The notes under the pieces were generated by a model that saw only the letters and a program-made list of their open reading frames with translations, was not told the origin of the DNA and searched no databases. 64,000 nucleotides of DNA from Sulfitobacter sp. (GTDB lineage Bacteria > Pseudomonadota > Alphaproteobacteria > Rhodobacterales > Rhodobacteraceae): positions 8,836 to 72,835 of the forward strand of contig JBAUHN010000355.1 in the NCBI GenBank assembly GCA_049680295.1, in the 5' to 3' direction. The position numbers were made by a program, and so were the translations under genes. Numbering within the stretch: position 1 is the first letter of the stretch; each line of letters begins with the position of its first letter. Shown here piece by piece: positions 63,801 through 64,000 of the stretch.

Positions 63801-64000
63801 ATGCCAGAGGGAACATGTCATTGCGGCGACGTAAGCTGGACAATGAGAGATTTGCCTGAATCAGCCACCGCATGCAATTGTACGGTTTGTCGTCGTTACG
63901 GTGTTCTTTGGGCATACGGCTATATTGGCGATGATATATTTTCTGATGGAAAAACAAATATTTACCGCCGAAGTGACGGCGGAGACATCGACTTTCATTT
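63801..64000 (+). CDS. GFA-family (glutathione-dependent formaldehyde-activating / CENP-V-like) protein, 5' part; runs off the window end
   Basis: Not in the ORF track because no stop lies in the window. ATG at 63801 gives MPEGTCHCGDVSW..ATACNCTVCRRYGVLWAY, the Zn-binding CxC..CxC..C pattern of the GFA family. Confidence 0.7.
   Translation, partial: MPEGTCHCGDVSWTMRDLPESATACNCTVCRRYGVLWAYGYIGDDIFSDGKTNIYRRSDGGDIDFH

Noticed and set aside
1-64000. I searched for CRISPR arrays, rRNA/tRNA genes and recognisable defence systems (restriction-modification, toxin-antitoxin, Cas, abortive-infection hallmarks).
   Set aside because: I found no regularly spaced direct repeats, no cloverleaf-like or rRNA-like conserved segments, and no nuclease, methylase or toxin motifs in any frame inspected. 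The novelty in this window appears to be biosynthetic and envelope-related rather than defence-related.

Overview
A 64 kb window at roughly 60% GC with several lower-GC islets. Gene content (TRAP transporters, a VPLPA-CTERM sorting signal, many envelope-polysaccharide genes) fits a marine Rhodobacteraceae (Roseobacter-group) replicon; that taxonomic call is inference only. I found no rRNA, tRNA, CRISPR array, transposase or integrase. Blocks in order: (1) 3' end of galE, then a low-GC islet with two small secreted proteins. (2) A polysaccharide-modification trio: methyltransferase, deacetylase, GT4. (3) A TetR-linked hydrolase/detox module. (4) A TRAP transporter plus an aromatic ring-hydroxylation and extradiol-cleavage operon with an IclR regulator. 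(5) An SbtA-like permease with a PII-like partner. (6) A large envelope-glycan region: Wzy/O-antigen-ligase-like protein, GT4, CHASE histidine kinase with two receiver proteins, OafA-type O-acyltransferase, VPLPA-CTERM protein, DprE1/DprE2 homologs, and a GT2-sulfotransferase-GT2 operon. (7) A type I secretion set (NodT-type OMF ... HlyD, ABC) interrupted by an AGAT-like amidinotransferase and a low-GC ArsR/SRPBCC cassette. (8) The most interesting part, about 45.2-63.2 kb: a tightly coupled PKS (KS-AT-KR-DH-T-TE), GT2, an unusual NRPS starter module, an Sfp-type PPTase, a glycine-rich triple-repeat outer-membrane barrel and a GT4. The NRPS module reads formyltransferase, condensation-lobe remnant, Gly-specific A domain split by a luciferase-like monooxygenase, then T. 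The locus is bracketed by two paralogous GHSL...DxxH lipoproteins. A modular intergenic repeat family occurs at four or more sites and coincides with borders of lower-GC cassettes. All functional calls rest on motifs read from the translations; no database search was possible.
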